DNA of 54,893 nt, taken from assembly GCA_023265155.1 (NCBI GenBank), contig JAHFUL010000003.1, positions 7,915 through 62,807 of the forward strand, read 5' to 3'. The notes under the pieces were generated by a model. That model was given only the letters and a program-made list of their open reading frames with translations, was not told where the DNA came from and searched no databases. The first letter of the stretch is position 1; each line of letters opens with the position of its first letter. This DNA comes from Acidobacteriota bacterium. Lineage in GTDB: Bacteria > Acidobacteriota > Vicinamibacteria > Vicinamibacterales > CAVVIG01. The position numbers and the translations under genes are program-made. Of this stretch, positions 43,622-52,181 are shown in pieces.

Positions 43622-44194
43622 TCATGTCGCGATGTCTTCGAGATCGTTCCCGTACACGTCATCAACGGCGAGACGCGCCGCGACAGCTTCGAGCACGACC
43701 GCCTGTCCCCTTCGCGCCTCGAACGTAATCCAGTCCGTCACGTCGCGGCGATGCAGCGTCAGGTACGGCTCGCGGTGCGAGACGATCAAGACCTCGCGCA
43801 GGCTCGGAATCTGCCCGTAGTGGCGGCGCTTCTCACCGCGATCGTACTCTTCGGTCGAATGGCTGGTGATCTCGACCAGCAGAACGGGATTCGTCACCGC
43901 CAGGGGATCGTCCACCGCGCGTGCGGTACGACCGCAGACCACCGCCACGTCCGGATATGTTGAGAGGCCGCTCGCGGCGATCCGGATCCGCAGGCCCGAG
44001 GTGAACGCGCGGCACCCTGGGGGCCGGGAACCCAGCAGGCGAATCACGGTCGCGGCAAGAGCCGCGTGATCGGGCGATCCGCCCGCCATGGCGTAGATCT
44101 CGCCGTCCAGATATTCGTGACGAATCGCGCTCTCTTCCTCGAGCGCGACGTACTGCTCGTAGGGGTAATGAACGCGCCGTGCTGTAGTGGACAT
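43622..44194 (-). CDS. Uma2-family (DUF820) putative restriction-endonuclease-like protein
   Basis: HEYLDGEIYAMAGGSPDHA, TYPDVAVVCG, LLVEITSHSTEEYDRGEKRRHY. Confidence 0.85.
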   Translation of the reverse strand: MSTTARRVHYPYEQYVALEEESAIRHEYLDGEIYAMAGGSPDHAALAATVIRLLGSRPPGCRAFTSGLRIRIAASGLSTYPDVAVVCGRTARAVDDPLAVTNPVLLVEITSHSTEEYDRGEKRRHYGQIPSLREVLIVSHREPYLTLHRRDVTDWITFEARRGQAVVLEAVAARLAVDDVYGNDLEDIAT

Positions 44195-44213
44195 TTCTCG
44201 TGGATTCTAATCC

Positions 44214-44912
44214 CTACGTCCTGACTTTCACGAAGTGCAGCCCGCACTCCGTCTTCTCACTCCCACGCCAGCGGCCCGACCGCGGGTCCTCGCCTGGCAT
44301 CACGGGGCTCGTGCAGGGCACGCAGCCGATGCTCGGATAGTTCTGATCGTGAAGCGGGTTGTACGGCACGTTGTGATCGTGCACGTACGCCTTGACCTCG
44401 TCGAATTTCCAGCGCACCAGCGGATTGATCTTGATGAGTCCGAACCGGGCATCCCAGCTGACGACCGGTGCGTGGGCCCGCTCAGGCGTCTGATCGCGGC
44501 GAATCGCCGTGACCCAGGCATCGTAGTCCGAGAGCGTCGAGCGCAGGGGCTGCATTTTGCGAAGGTCGCAGCATCGATCCGGATCGCGGCCCCACAGCTC
44601 CGGGCCCTCGTGGGCGCCCTGCTCCTCGACCGTGTGTGCCGGGCTCACGCGCTTGATCGTCACGTCGTAACGCTTTTCGATTTGCTTCCACAGCGCGTAG
44701 GTCTCGGGAAACAGCAGGCCCGTGTCGAGCGTGAAGATATCGAGCGGCAGCTTGTGCCGCGCGGCCATGTCCGTGACCACGCAGTCTTCGATCCCAAGGC
44801 TCGTGGCAAACGTCAGGCGGCCGGAAAAATGGTCCGCGGCCCAGACGAGGATGTCCTCGGCCGACCTGGTTTCCAGTTCCTGCGAGGCCTGTTTGATTTC
44901 GTCGGCGGTCAT
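44214..44912 (-). CDS. cysH: phosphoadenylyl-sulfate (PAPS/APS) reductase
   Basis: ATG 44912 preferred over TTG 44939, which lies in a REP hairpin. C-terminal KTECGLH motif. Confidence 0.9.
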   Translation of the reverse strand: MTADEIKQASQELETRSAEDILVWAADHFSGRLTFATSLGIEDCVVTDMAARHKLPLDIFTLDTGLLFPETYALWKQIEKRYDVTIKRVSPAHTVEEQGAHEGPELWGRDPDRCCDLRKMQPLRSTLSDYDAWVTAIRRDQTPERAHAPVVSWDARFGLIKINPLVRWKFDEVKAYVHDHNVPYNPLHDQNYPSIGCVPCTSPVMPGEDPRSGRWRGSEKTECGLHFVKVRT

Positions 44913-44927
44913 ATCCACTCGTTCATC

Positions 44928-45020
44928 GCCCGAGCTCAAGCTCGGGCCTACGAATTTGCGCCGGGCGCGTCACGCCACACTCGGAATCGACGCCTCGTAG
45001 GCCCGAGCTTCAGCTCGGGC
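44928..45020. repeat. inverted pair of REP hairpins (BIME-like) between cysN and cysH
   Basis: GCCCGAGCTCAAGCTCGGGCCTACGA at 44928-44953 and TCGTAGGCCCGAGCTTCAGCTCGGGC at 44995-45020. Confidence 0.9.
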
Positions 45021-45024
45021 GTCA

Positions 45025-46326
45025 TCACGATAGCAACTCTTCCAGCGCCTTGCGGACAGCCTCGATCGCTTCAGCGTCGGACCCTGCCCCCCGCGCCAGC
45101 CGGGCGATCCGCTGTGCCGCGGTCGGTCGCGCGCTGGCCGTTTCGGGGTCGCGCGCCACCCCGGCGATCATGCCCGCGCCGGCCGTGAAGTTGGTCGACC
45201 GATCGATCAGGATGAAGCTGCCGGTCCCGCGGTTCTCGCCGTACCGGTCGAAGATGAGGGGCCGCGCCGTGGAAACCGTGACCGAACCAATCTGATTCAG
45301 CACCAGCCCATGGTCCACTTCGGCGCTCACGGTGCGCGACGTGTGCTTCAGTAGATAGACGCGGGAGGGATCCAGCGGACGCTCGTCCATCCACACCACG
45401 TCGGCTTTGAACCGCTGCCCCACCTGCGGCTCGCCGACGCCAATCATGTCCCCGCGGCTGATGTCGATCTCGTCTTCCAGCGTCAGCGTCACCGACATCG
45501 GCGAGCGGGCCACCTCGACGTCACCGTCCCAGGTCACGATGCGCGCCACGCGCGTGGTGCGTCCTGTCGGCCAGACCGTCACCGTGTCGCCCGGACGAAC
45601 GGTGCCCGACACAATCTGCCCTGCGTAGCCGCGAAAGTCGTGCGCCGGGCGCAGGACGAGCTGCACCGGGAATCGAAACGGCTTCGACGAGACGTTGCGA
45701 TCGACCTCGACCGTCTCGAGGAACTCCAGGAGCGACGCCCCGTCGAACCACGGCGTCCTCTCGCTTTTGGTGATGACGTTGTCGCCGTGCAGCGCGCTCA
45801 GCGGGATGGGGTGGAGCTTCGCGTTCGGCAAAATGCGGTCGAACTCATCCACGATGTCCTCGAACACGGTGCGATCGAAGTCCACGAGGTCCATCTTGTT
45901 GACGGCGAGGACGTAGTCGGTGATGCCGAGGAGCCGCGCGATCTGCGCGTGGCGCCGCGACTGCACGCGCACGCCGTGCCTCGCGTCGATGAGGAGGATG
46001 GCCACGTCCGCGGTCGAGGCGCCGGTCGCCATGTTCCGCGTGTACTGTTCATGGCCTGGCGTGTCGGCCAGGATGAACTTCCGGCGGGCGGTGGCGAAGT
46101 AGCGGTACGCGACGTCGATCGTGATCCCCTGTTCCCGCTCCGCCTTCAACCCGTCGGTGAACAGCGAGAAGTCGATCGGCCCCGCGAGGAGATTCTTCGA
46201 CGCCTTCTGAACCGAGTGCACCTGGTCTTCGTACACGGAGCGCGAATCGTACAGCAGCCGGCCGATCAGCGTGCTCTTCCCATCGTCCACGCTGCCGGCG
46301 GTGCAGATGCGAAGCAGGCCGGCCAT
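45025..46326 (-). CDS. cysN: sulfate adenylyltransferase subunit 1 (GTPase), no APS-kinase domain
   Basis: Start at [29 protein letters not shown] and NKMD motifs. 1-nt overlap with the cysD stop. Confidence 0.92.
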   Translation of the reverse strand: MAGLLRICTAGSVDDGKSTLIGRLLYDSRSVYEDQVHSVQKASKNLLAGPIDFSLFTDGLKAEREQGITIDVAYRYFATARRKFILADTPGHEQYTRNMATGASTADVAILLIDARHGVRVQSRRHAQIARLLGITDYVLAVNKMDLVDFDRTVFEDIVDEFDRILPNAKLHPIPLSALHGDNVITKSERTPWFDGASLLEFLETVEVDRNVSSKPFRFPVQLVLRPAHDFRGYAGQIVSGTVRPGDTVTVWPTGRTTRVARIVTWDGDVEVARSPMSVTLTLEDEIDISRGDMIGVGEPQVGQRFKADVVWMDERPLDPSRVYLLKHTSRTVSAEVDHGLVLNQIGSVTVSTARPLIFDRYGENRGTGSFILIDRSTNFTAGAGMIAGVARDPETASARPTAAQRIARLARGAGSDAEAIEAVRKALEELLS

Positions 46327-47291
46327 CAGAAATAGCCCTCGCGCTTCTTCAGCTCCATCGAGCCGTCCTGGTCGTGATCGATGATGCGGAGCTGACGCTC
46401 TGAGTTGCGCGCCGCGATGAGCTCGTCGATGATCTTCGGCACGGTGTCGGCGGTGGAACGGACCGCGCCGGTGCACGGTGAGCAGCCGAGCGACCGCATG
46501 CGGCACATGATCCGCTCGGGCCGCTCGCCTGGCATCAGCGGGACGAACGGCTGTTCGAGCGTGATGAGCGATTCGCCGCGCACGACCACCTCGCGCTCCT
46601 TGGCGAAGTACAGCGGCACGACGGGAATCTTCTCGACGTCGATGTAGCTCCAGACGTCGATCTCCGTCCAGTTCGACAGCGGGAACACGCGGATGCTTTC
46701 ACCCTGGTGAATGCGGCTGTTCAGCAGGTTCCAGAGCTCGGGCCGCTGGTTCTTGGGGTCCCATTGCCCGTTGGCATCCCGCAGCGAGAAGATCCGCTCC
46801 TTGGCGCGGGACCGCTCCTCGTCGCGCCGGGCGCCGCCGAACGCGGCATCGAAGCCGCCCGCCTCGAGCGCGTCGAGGAGCGACTTGGTCTTCAGCGCGC
46901 CGCAACAGCGCTGCGTCCCGACCAGAAACGGCGTCGTCCCGTCGGCGATCGCCTCGGTGTTCGTGTGGACGATCAGCCGCGCGCCAATCGATTTCGCGTA
47001 GCGGTCGCGAAACTCGATCATCTCGCGGAACTTGTAGGTCGTGTCGACGTGCAGGAGAGGAAACGGGATGGGCCCGGGATAGAACGCCTTCTGCGCCAGC
47101 CGCAGCAGGACCGACGAGTCCTTGCCGATCGAGTAGAGCATCACCGGCCGCGCGAACTCGGCCACCACCTCGCGCAGGATGTGAAGGCTCTCCGCCTCGA
47201 GAGCGCGGAGGTGGTCGTAGCTCGGCGTGAGCTTCGACTCAGCCGGCTGGTCGACGCGCGTCTCATACATCTGATGCACGGTTGCTGACAT
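46326..47291 (-). CDS. cysD: sulfate adenylyltransferase subunit 2
   Basis: [28 protein letters not shown]-loop, C-terminal [10 protein letters not shown]. Confidence 0.94.
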   Translation of the reverse strand: MSATVHQMYETRVDQPAESKLTPSYDHLRALEAESLHILREVVAEFARPVMLYSIGKDSSVLLRLAQKAFYPGPIPFPLLHVDTTYKFREMIEFRDRYAKSIGARLIVHTNTEAIADGTTPFLVGTQRCCGALKTKSLLDALEAGGFDAAFGGARRDEERSRAKERIFSLRDANGQWDPKNQRPELWNLLNSRIHQGESIRVFPLSNWTEIDVWSYIDVEKIPVVPLYFAKEREVVVRGESLITLEQPFVPLMPGERPERIMCRMRSLGCSPCTGAVRSTADTVPKIIDELIAARNSERQLRIIDHDQDGSMELKKREGYF

Positions 47292-47317
47292 AACAAACCC
47301 AACCCTCTGACGACGTT

Positions 47318-47386
47318 AACCGCAGAAACCGCAGAGCCCGCAGAGTTTCGTTGGAATGCCTCTGCGCACTCCGCGAATTCTGCGGT
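47318..47386. repeat. ~70-bp imperfect hairpin of REP family C (CGCAGAG words)
   Basis: Left arm ACCGCAGAAACCGCAGAGCCCGCAGAG pairs with right arm CTCTGCGCACTCCGCGAATTCTGCGGT. Related words at 10628-10657, 13099-13129, 13253-13278. Confidence 0.8.
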
Positions 47387-47401
47387 GATCGTCGGGACAA
47401 C

Positions 47402-47428
47402 AAAAAAGCCCGGGGGTTCTCCCCGGGC
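47402..47428 (-). terminator. rho-independent terminator (minus strand) upstream of the cysD promoter region
   Basis: The minus strand reads GCCCGGGG-AGAAC-CCCCGGGC followed by TTTTTT. Confidence 0.55.
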
Positions 47429-47563
47429 TTCTCAGTCTCATTCCGCCTGTTGCGATTAGCGGATGTCCGTCGTCAATTCGGCAAGACCGGCAGCGCGGGG
47501 ACCCGACGGGCCCTGGTACAACAACACGCGCACATCCGACCTGCCACGGTCATATTTCTGTAT

Positions 47564-48290
47564 CTACTTGTAACAATTTGGCTTGCGGATGTCAACCCGC
47601 ATCCCCTGGTGCGGGGGCTTCGCCGGCGGGGCGATTTCGGTCCACCGCATCAGGCGTCCCCGATAGCGCAGTTCAATCGGCCGGTCTCGTGCTTCGCGCA
47701 CCACGACGGTGCTCGGCGCCGGCGCCTGGCTGCACCCAAGCCACGACATGCTCGACGGTCTGAGGCAGGGCCTCGTTAACATCTGAGAGGTGCTGCTTGG
47801 CGTGGAAGCGGTCGACGATCTGGACCGCGTCGGGGAAGTGCTCGCTGGCGAGGTTCCAGATCCAGACGGCGCCATCGCCAAGCACCGCGCGCCGGGCGGC
47901 GCGGGCGAAGCCGCGCCGCTACGCCTCGCGCTCGACCCGCGTCGCAAACGCGCTCGACCTCTCGTCGGTGTCCTGCTGCGCCGCACTCTCGATCGCCGCC
48001 GAGTAGGTCACCGAGCCCGCATCGCGCACCGGCGCGCCCTCCTTGTCGCGTCCCTCGGCGCTCCACATCGTGCACAACTTCACCTCGCGCGTCTTGGCCG
48101 CGCCGTCGGACTGCTTGCCGGCTCGGCCCAGCACGTCCGCCTTGCGCATCGGCACGCCGGTGCCGTCCATCCCCAGGTACAGCGTCGGCGCCACCGGCTC
48201 GCCGTCGGCCGGAGGCTCGACCACGTGCCGTTCATCGTCGGCGATCTTGCGCCCCAATGCCTCGGCCGCGCGCTCCACGTGCCAGGTTTG
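47564..48290 (-). mobile_element. ISKra4-family transposase pseudogene (N-terminus missing, at least two frameshifts or stops)
   Basis: LYLGMDGTGVPMRK and GDGAVWIWNLASEHFPDAVQIVDRFHAKQHL in different frames. Family recognised from memory of the DGAxWIWN...D.FH...HL signature. Confidence 0.7.
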
Positions 48291-48299
48291 GAATGGACG

Positions 48300-48770
48300 A
48301 ACACCTTGAAATCCTGAGGCAAGGGCTGGCCAGCGAAATGGAAATGCAGTCCACGCATTATTCGCTCGCCGGTCGCTTCGATTCGGCCGCGATTTACCTC
48401 TGCTCTGATTCCGAGTGGCTGGCCCGACCCGTCAACCAGCTCAGTGTGCTTTAGCTGGCTCTTGAAATAACTCGCATACCTTTGGGCCTGTGGACGCTGC
48501 ATCGATCGGAAGACCTCTGGCAGCTTGGACACCGCGGCGGCGTTCTGCGCAGCCCGGAAGTCCAACGCCACCATGTCCCGCGTGTACTCGTCGTTGCGTT
48601 GGAATTTCTGATTGCATTCAAAGCACGCCGGGACGGTCACGGGGTTCTTCGGGTAGGGCTTCTCGATCAGCAGCTTTGGCGGCACGTGATCCGCCGTGAG
48701 CTTCCTGTCCCCGCAATACGCCGGATTCCCGGTAAACTTTGGCCGTGAATGACACTCCGGATATTCGCTA
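48300..48770 (-). pseudogene. HNH (HNH_5-like) endonuclease remnant lacking a start and C-terminus
   Basis: YCGDRKLTADHVPPKLL...VPACFECNQKF. No in-frame start before the HEPN fragment. The C-terminus runs into the transposase wreck. Confidence 0.45.
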
Positions 48771-48780
48771 GAAACAGCGG

Positions 48781-48942
48781 TTGAGCCATTTCGAACGGGC
48801 TGTTGCTCTGCTTGAGGATGCCCTGAGGAAGGGTCCAGACGCTCTTTCGCTTTTGGAAAAGGAAGGAGTGGTGCAACGTTTTGAATACTCCGTCGAATTG
48901 GCGTGGAAAACCTTGAAAGATTATCTCGAAGCAAGCGGCTGG
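48781..48942 (+). pseudogene. N-terminal fragment of a HEPN protein (HI0074-type nucleotidyltransferase substrate-binding protein)
   Basis: FERAVALLEDAL...VVQRFEYSVELAWKTLKDYLEASG. Homology stops about 30 bp before the 48972 repeat. No MNT partner. Confidence 0.55.
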
Positions 48943-48971
48943 CTATTCGCGACCGTTACTCCCATAGCGGG

Positions 48972-49052
48972 GCTGTCTGGGGGGCCCTCGGGCCTGCGCG
49001 TCCCATAACGGGGCGATCTGTTGACCAGAGGCCTCTAATCCGGCCTATTGTC
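48972..49052. repeat. copy 1 of an ~85-bp direct repeat (unclassified)
   Basis: GCTGTCTGGGGGGCCCTCGGGCCTGCGCGTCCCATAACGGGGCGATCTGTTGACCAGAGGCCTCTAATCCGGCCTATTGTC. Near-identical to 52182-52273. Confidence 0.9.
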
Positions 49053-49475
49053 TCACCGGCCGATGAGGCGTAGAAAGGCGCGAGGATTTACGAGGCGGAC
49101 ACCTTCGTGCTCGTGGATAGCCAGTAGGTCTGGATCGCCGCTGACGACAAAGGCGGCCCGGCCTTCGACGGCCGCGGCGATGTACTTGTCGTCGTCTGGA
49201 TCTTCGCTCACACCGCGCACTTCGTGCTCGCCCGCAACAAATTGAGCCAACACAACAATGTCCTCGAACCACAATTCCGGGTCGGCATTGCCTCGGATAT
49301 GCTTACGGACCTTGGGGTAGCCCAGCGCTCGGAGGACCTCTTCGACAATTGCCGACGAGAGGACGATCTCGAACGCCGCATCGCGGAGAAACCGCTCAAT
49401 GATTTGACCAGGCGGCCCCTCGGGACGGATGACGGCGCTCACGTAGACGTTGGCATCGAGGACGGCACGGAGCAC
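49053..49475 (-). CDS. PIN-domain toxin (TIGR00305-like)
   Basis: AVLDANVYVSAVI, DPDDDKYIAAAVEGRAAFVVSGDPDLL. Confidence 0.85.
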   Translation of the reverse strand: MLRAVLDANVYVSAVIRPEGPPGQIIERFLRDAAFEIVLSSAIVEEVLRALGYPKVRKHIRGNADPELWFEDIVVLAQFVAGEHEVRGVSEDPDDDKYIAAAVEGRAAFVVSGDPDLLAIHEHEGVRLVNPRAFLRLIGR

Positions 49476-49478
49476 CGG

Positions 49479-49769
49479 TCACTTCTTGGGCCGCGACTTC
49501 CCCGCTTGCTTGCGAGCCCAGCGCTGTGCCTCGCGCGCGACCTCCATGGCCTGCGCGTCGGTCAGCGGGCTGCCCCTCTGTTGCTTCACAACCTCGAGTG
49601 CGTGGCGCCGCGCGAAGCGCCTCATCTGCTCAAGCCGTTCGACTGGCACCAGTGCGGCCAGCGGTTTGCCTTTGCGCTCGATGATGAACTCATCGTGCCG
49701 CAGGGCGATGCGATTGAGCATGTCGCCAATCCGCTGACGAACATCGATGGTGGAAACCTTCTCTGACAT
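49479..49769 (-). CDS. Phd/YefM-type antitoxin
   Basis: ATG 49769 with AGAGGA upstream. STIDVRQRIGDMLNRIALRHDEFIIERKGKPLAALVP. Confidence 0.8.
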   Translation of the reverse strand: MSEKVSTIDVRQRIGDMLNRIALRHDEFIIERKGKPLAALVPVERLEQMRRFARRHALEVVKQQRGSPLTDAQAMEVAREAQRWARKQAGKSRPKK

Positions 49770-49780
49770 GGGGTCCTCTT

Positions 49781-49797
49781 GCAACTATTATAGTTGC
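49781..49797. promoter_or_regulatory. palindromic operator candidate containing a minus-strand TATAAT
   Basis: GCAACTAT-T-ATAGTTGC with perfect 8-bp arms. TATAAT on the minus strand at 49787-49792, about 18 nt before the antitoxin ATG. Confidence 0.45.
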
Positions 49798-50036
49798 TCT
49801 AGATGCCATGGCAAGCGCGGTCCCTCCAAGAACGGGCACCCTTCTGGGTCTTGCAACCCACCGGGTGTTTACCGGACGTTCGGAATGAACGGTATCGGAT
49901 TCAGGCAGAAAACCCCCTTGACGAAGACCAGATCTCGTCGACCCACGAAAGGGCAAGGGCAACAAAAGGGCAACACGGCCAGCGAGCCGGGCGGCCGAGA
50001 GCGAAAGTTCTCAGAATCGTTTGTGAAATCCCAAGA

Positions 50037-50234
50037 CTAAGGTGACACATCCAGCTCTCCTCTTCTAGGCTGTTCAGCCTGGAGCGGAGGCACGATGACG
50101 TCTCCGGTGCGTTCATCCAGCAGACGCCCCGCCCCCGACGACGTCCGCTCCTCCGTCGAATCCGCCTGCGCCAGCCGCAGCGACTCCTGCGCCAGCGCCA
50201 GCGTCCACGCCGACGCAGCCTGCAGTTTCCGCAC
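50037..50234 (-). CDS. possible 65-aa ORF or N-terminal gene remnant (competes with plus-strand readings)
   Basis: GTG 50234 with GGAG 9 nt upstream. The first ~46 codons use the genome-preferred G-ending codons (MRKLQAASAWTLALAQESLRLAQ...). The tail has rare AGA/GGA codons. Confidence 0.3.
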   Translation of the reverse strand: MRKLQAASAWTLALAQESLRLAQADSTEERTSSGAGRLLDERTGDVIVPPLQAEQPRRGELDVSP

Positions 50235-50263
50235 AAACTTCAGCTCCGGTGGGAGGCGAGGCG

Positions 50264-51178
50264 TTGCGGATTTACATGCCCGACGGCCAGCTCAAATCCC
50301 ACTCGGTTCGTGTATATGTCTCACGCGACATCCTTCCGACCGAGAATCCGCGGCTCCAGTTGCTGCGGAGCCACGCCGTCACCAGGCAGGCGGTGGACGA
50401 AGCCGCGCTCCACGAGCCGGGCCTGGTCGCGCCACATCAGGAGTGGGTCGAGTCCGTCGATGGCCAGCAGGTTCGGCGGTCCGGAACCTTGCTGCTCTTC
50501 GACCTGAGCAAGATGGACGTTGATTACAAAGCGATGGTGCGCGTCACGCCGGTGGTGTCGTGGACGCACGGCGCCACGAAGGAGATCGCCATCGCCGATC
50601 GTGAGGTCAACGTCGGCAACATCGTCGCCGCCATCGGCTGGACTGTGGTCGCGGTCGGATTGGCGTTAGTGCTGGTGATTTGGCTGTCGCGCCGCAATGG
50701 TGGCAGCCCCGTGCAGCTGCTGACCGGCGTCGACGGCCATCTTGCGCTCTCGCAAACGCAGATTGCCTGTTGGACCGTCGTGGTCGGCGGCGTCGTTCTC
50801 GGCTACGGGTTGATCAAGCTCGACATTCCTGACATTCCTACCTCCTTGCTGGTCTTGATGGGCGCCTCGCTGACGACAGGCGGCGTCGGCTTTTTTCAGG
50901 ACGTGCGGAATCGGAACGCGGCGGTCGCCGCCGGCGTCGCTCCCATCGCGCGCACATGGGCGCTTGGTGATCTCGTGCGCTCGTTTCCGACAGGGCAGCC
51001 GCCGGAGCTGTCGCTCGCCAAGGCGCAGATGATGTTCTGGACGCTGCTCCTGCTGGTGCTGTTCGTCTCGAAGAGCACCCTCGACGGGACGATCTGGGAC
51101 ATTCCGTGGCCGCTCGTCGCCCTGATGGGATTCAGCCAGGCGGGCTACCTCGCGCCGAAGCTCGCGCCGCAATCGTAG
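50264..51178 (+). CDS. orphan membrane protein (~120-aa soluble N-domain plus about 5 TM helices), family unknown
   Basis: TTG 50264 lies 7 nt after GGGAGG; GTG 50249 is the alternative. Strong GC3 from about 50250. Repeated motif LSQTQIACWT / LAKAQMMFWT precedes TM helices. Confidence 0.55.
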   Translation: MRIYMPDGQLKSHSVRVYVSRDILPTENPRLQLLRSHAVTRQAVDEAALHEPGLVAPHQEWVESVDGQQVRRSGTLLLFDLSKMDVDYKAMVRVTPVVSWTHGATKEIAIADREVNVGNIVAAIGWTVVAVGLALVLVIWLSRRNGGSPVQLLTGVDGHLALSQTQIACWTVVVGGVVLGYGLIKLDIPDIPTSLLVLMGASLTTGGVGFFQDVRNRNAAVAAGVAPIARTWALGDLVRSFPTGQPPELSLAKAQMMFWTLLLLVLFVSKSTLDGTIWDIPWPLVALMGFSQAGYLAPKLAPQS

Positions 51179-51181
51179 GGA

Positions 51182-51553
51182 TCAGGCGAGCGTCAAATCC
51201 GGGATGTCGGAGAAGTCCTCAGGATTGAGCGTCCACAGGGAGGCACCGTGCTCCAGGGCGCACGCGGCAATGGCCAGGTCGATTTCCCGTCCGCGCGCAC
51301 GCCGCAACTTGGCGTAGAGGCGGGACGCTCGGGTCGCCTCGGCTGTCCCGAACGCGATTGCGGTCTCGACCGGGAACAGCGCCTCCTGATCGTGAAGCTC
51401 GGCGGTGGTTCGGGGTCCGCGTAACCACTCGTAGAGCACCAGCGTGCTCAACTGAATGCGTTCGCCCTCCTCGATGGCGGCCCGGAGACGTGGCGCTGAG
51501 CGCCGGGGTCCCGTCAGCGCGTCGATGAGCACGGACGTGTCCAGGTGGACCAT
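51182..51553 (-). CDS. vapC: PIN-domain ribonuclease toxin
   Basis: MVHLDTSVLIDAL, EIDLAIAACALEHGASLWTLNPEDF. Confidence 0.85.
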   Translation of the reverse strand: MVHLDTSVLIDALTGPRRSAPRLRAAIEEGERIQLSTLVLYEWLRGPRTTAELHDQEALFPVETAIAFGTAEATRASRLYAKLRRARGREIDLAIAACALEHGASLWTLNPEDFSDIPDLTLA

Positions 51554-51561
51554 CGGCGCGG

Positions 51562-51840
51562 CTATTGGCGATGACGACGGCCGCCGGCGCGACGCGCCGC
51601 TCGGGTGTCCTTCAGTTCGCGATCGACCTCGGCTGTTGTGCGGGTCGGCCGGCGTGCGGCGATGGCATCGAGCGTCGACAGCAGGTGAAGGCGCTCGCGC
51701 TCGCTCAGGCGCCCGGCGCGGAGCGCGAAATCGTGAACCGCATCGCGGACGATCTGGCTCTGCGGCTTGTCCAGTCGCGCCGCCGTCTGACGAATGCGCG
51801 CCACCGTCTCGTCATCGAGCGTGAACGTGACCTTGACCAT
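51562..51840 (-). CDS. ribbon-helix-helix (CopG/VapB-type) antitoxin
   Basis: MVKVTFTLDDETVARIRQTAARLDKPQSQIVRDAV is a typical RHH N-terminus. Confidence 0.8.
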   Translation of the reverse strand: MVKVTFTLDDETVARIRQTAARLDKPQSQIVRDAVHDFALRAGRLSERERLHLLSTLDAIAARRPTRTTAEVDRELKDTRAARRAGGRRHRQ

Positions 51841-51902
51841 ATCGATACCATACTACCATCCTCTGCTTGCTCCTCGCGGCCCGCGGTTCTGTCAGCCTCG
51901 AA

Positions 51903-52175
51903 CTATTTCACATCGACGATCCCGAAATTCAAGAGGCTCTCGGCGGTGGCTGTGATGGCGTCCTCCCAGCTTCGCGGCTTCCACCCGAGCATTCGCTCGG
52001 CCTTGGCGCTCGTCGCGTTTCGCGCCGTGCCAAGCAGCGGCACCAGGGCGCGCGTCTCGACGCTGCACAGCGCGACGAGCCTAACGATGAAGCTCGGCAG
52101 CTTCCGGGTGGGAACGCGTCGTGCCCGATCGCCCAGACGGGCCCTGAGCACCTTCGCAATGTTCAGCATCGACAC
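51903..52175 (-). pseudogene. C-terminal fragment of an NAD-dependent epimerase/dehydratase (SDR) protein
   Basis: NATSAKAERMLGWKPRSWEDAITATAESL is a typical C-terminus. The N-terminal ~250 aa are absent; it is truncated at the 52182 repeat. Confidence 0.55.
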
Positions 52176-52181
52176 GGCACC

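Noticed and set aside
48972-49052. The ~85-bp direct repeats as integron attC sites (a CALIN-type cassette array with TA cassettes).
   Set aside because: No RYYYAAC/GTTRRRY core pair and no overall inverted-repeat symmetry within the element. The enclosed 3.1 kb holds several genes in mixed orientation rather than single promoterless cassettes. No intI is nearby.
50095-50523. 142-aa ORF from ATG 50095 as an independent gene.
   Set aside because: Beyond about 50245 it is out of frame with the clearly coding membrane-protein frame and loses codon bias. It is kept only as one of three competing readings for 50095-50245.
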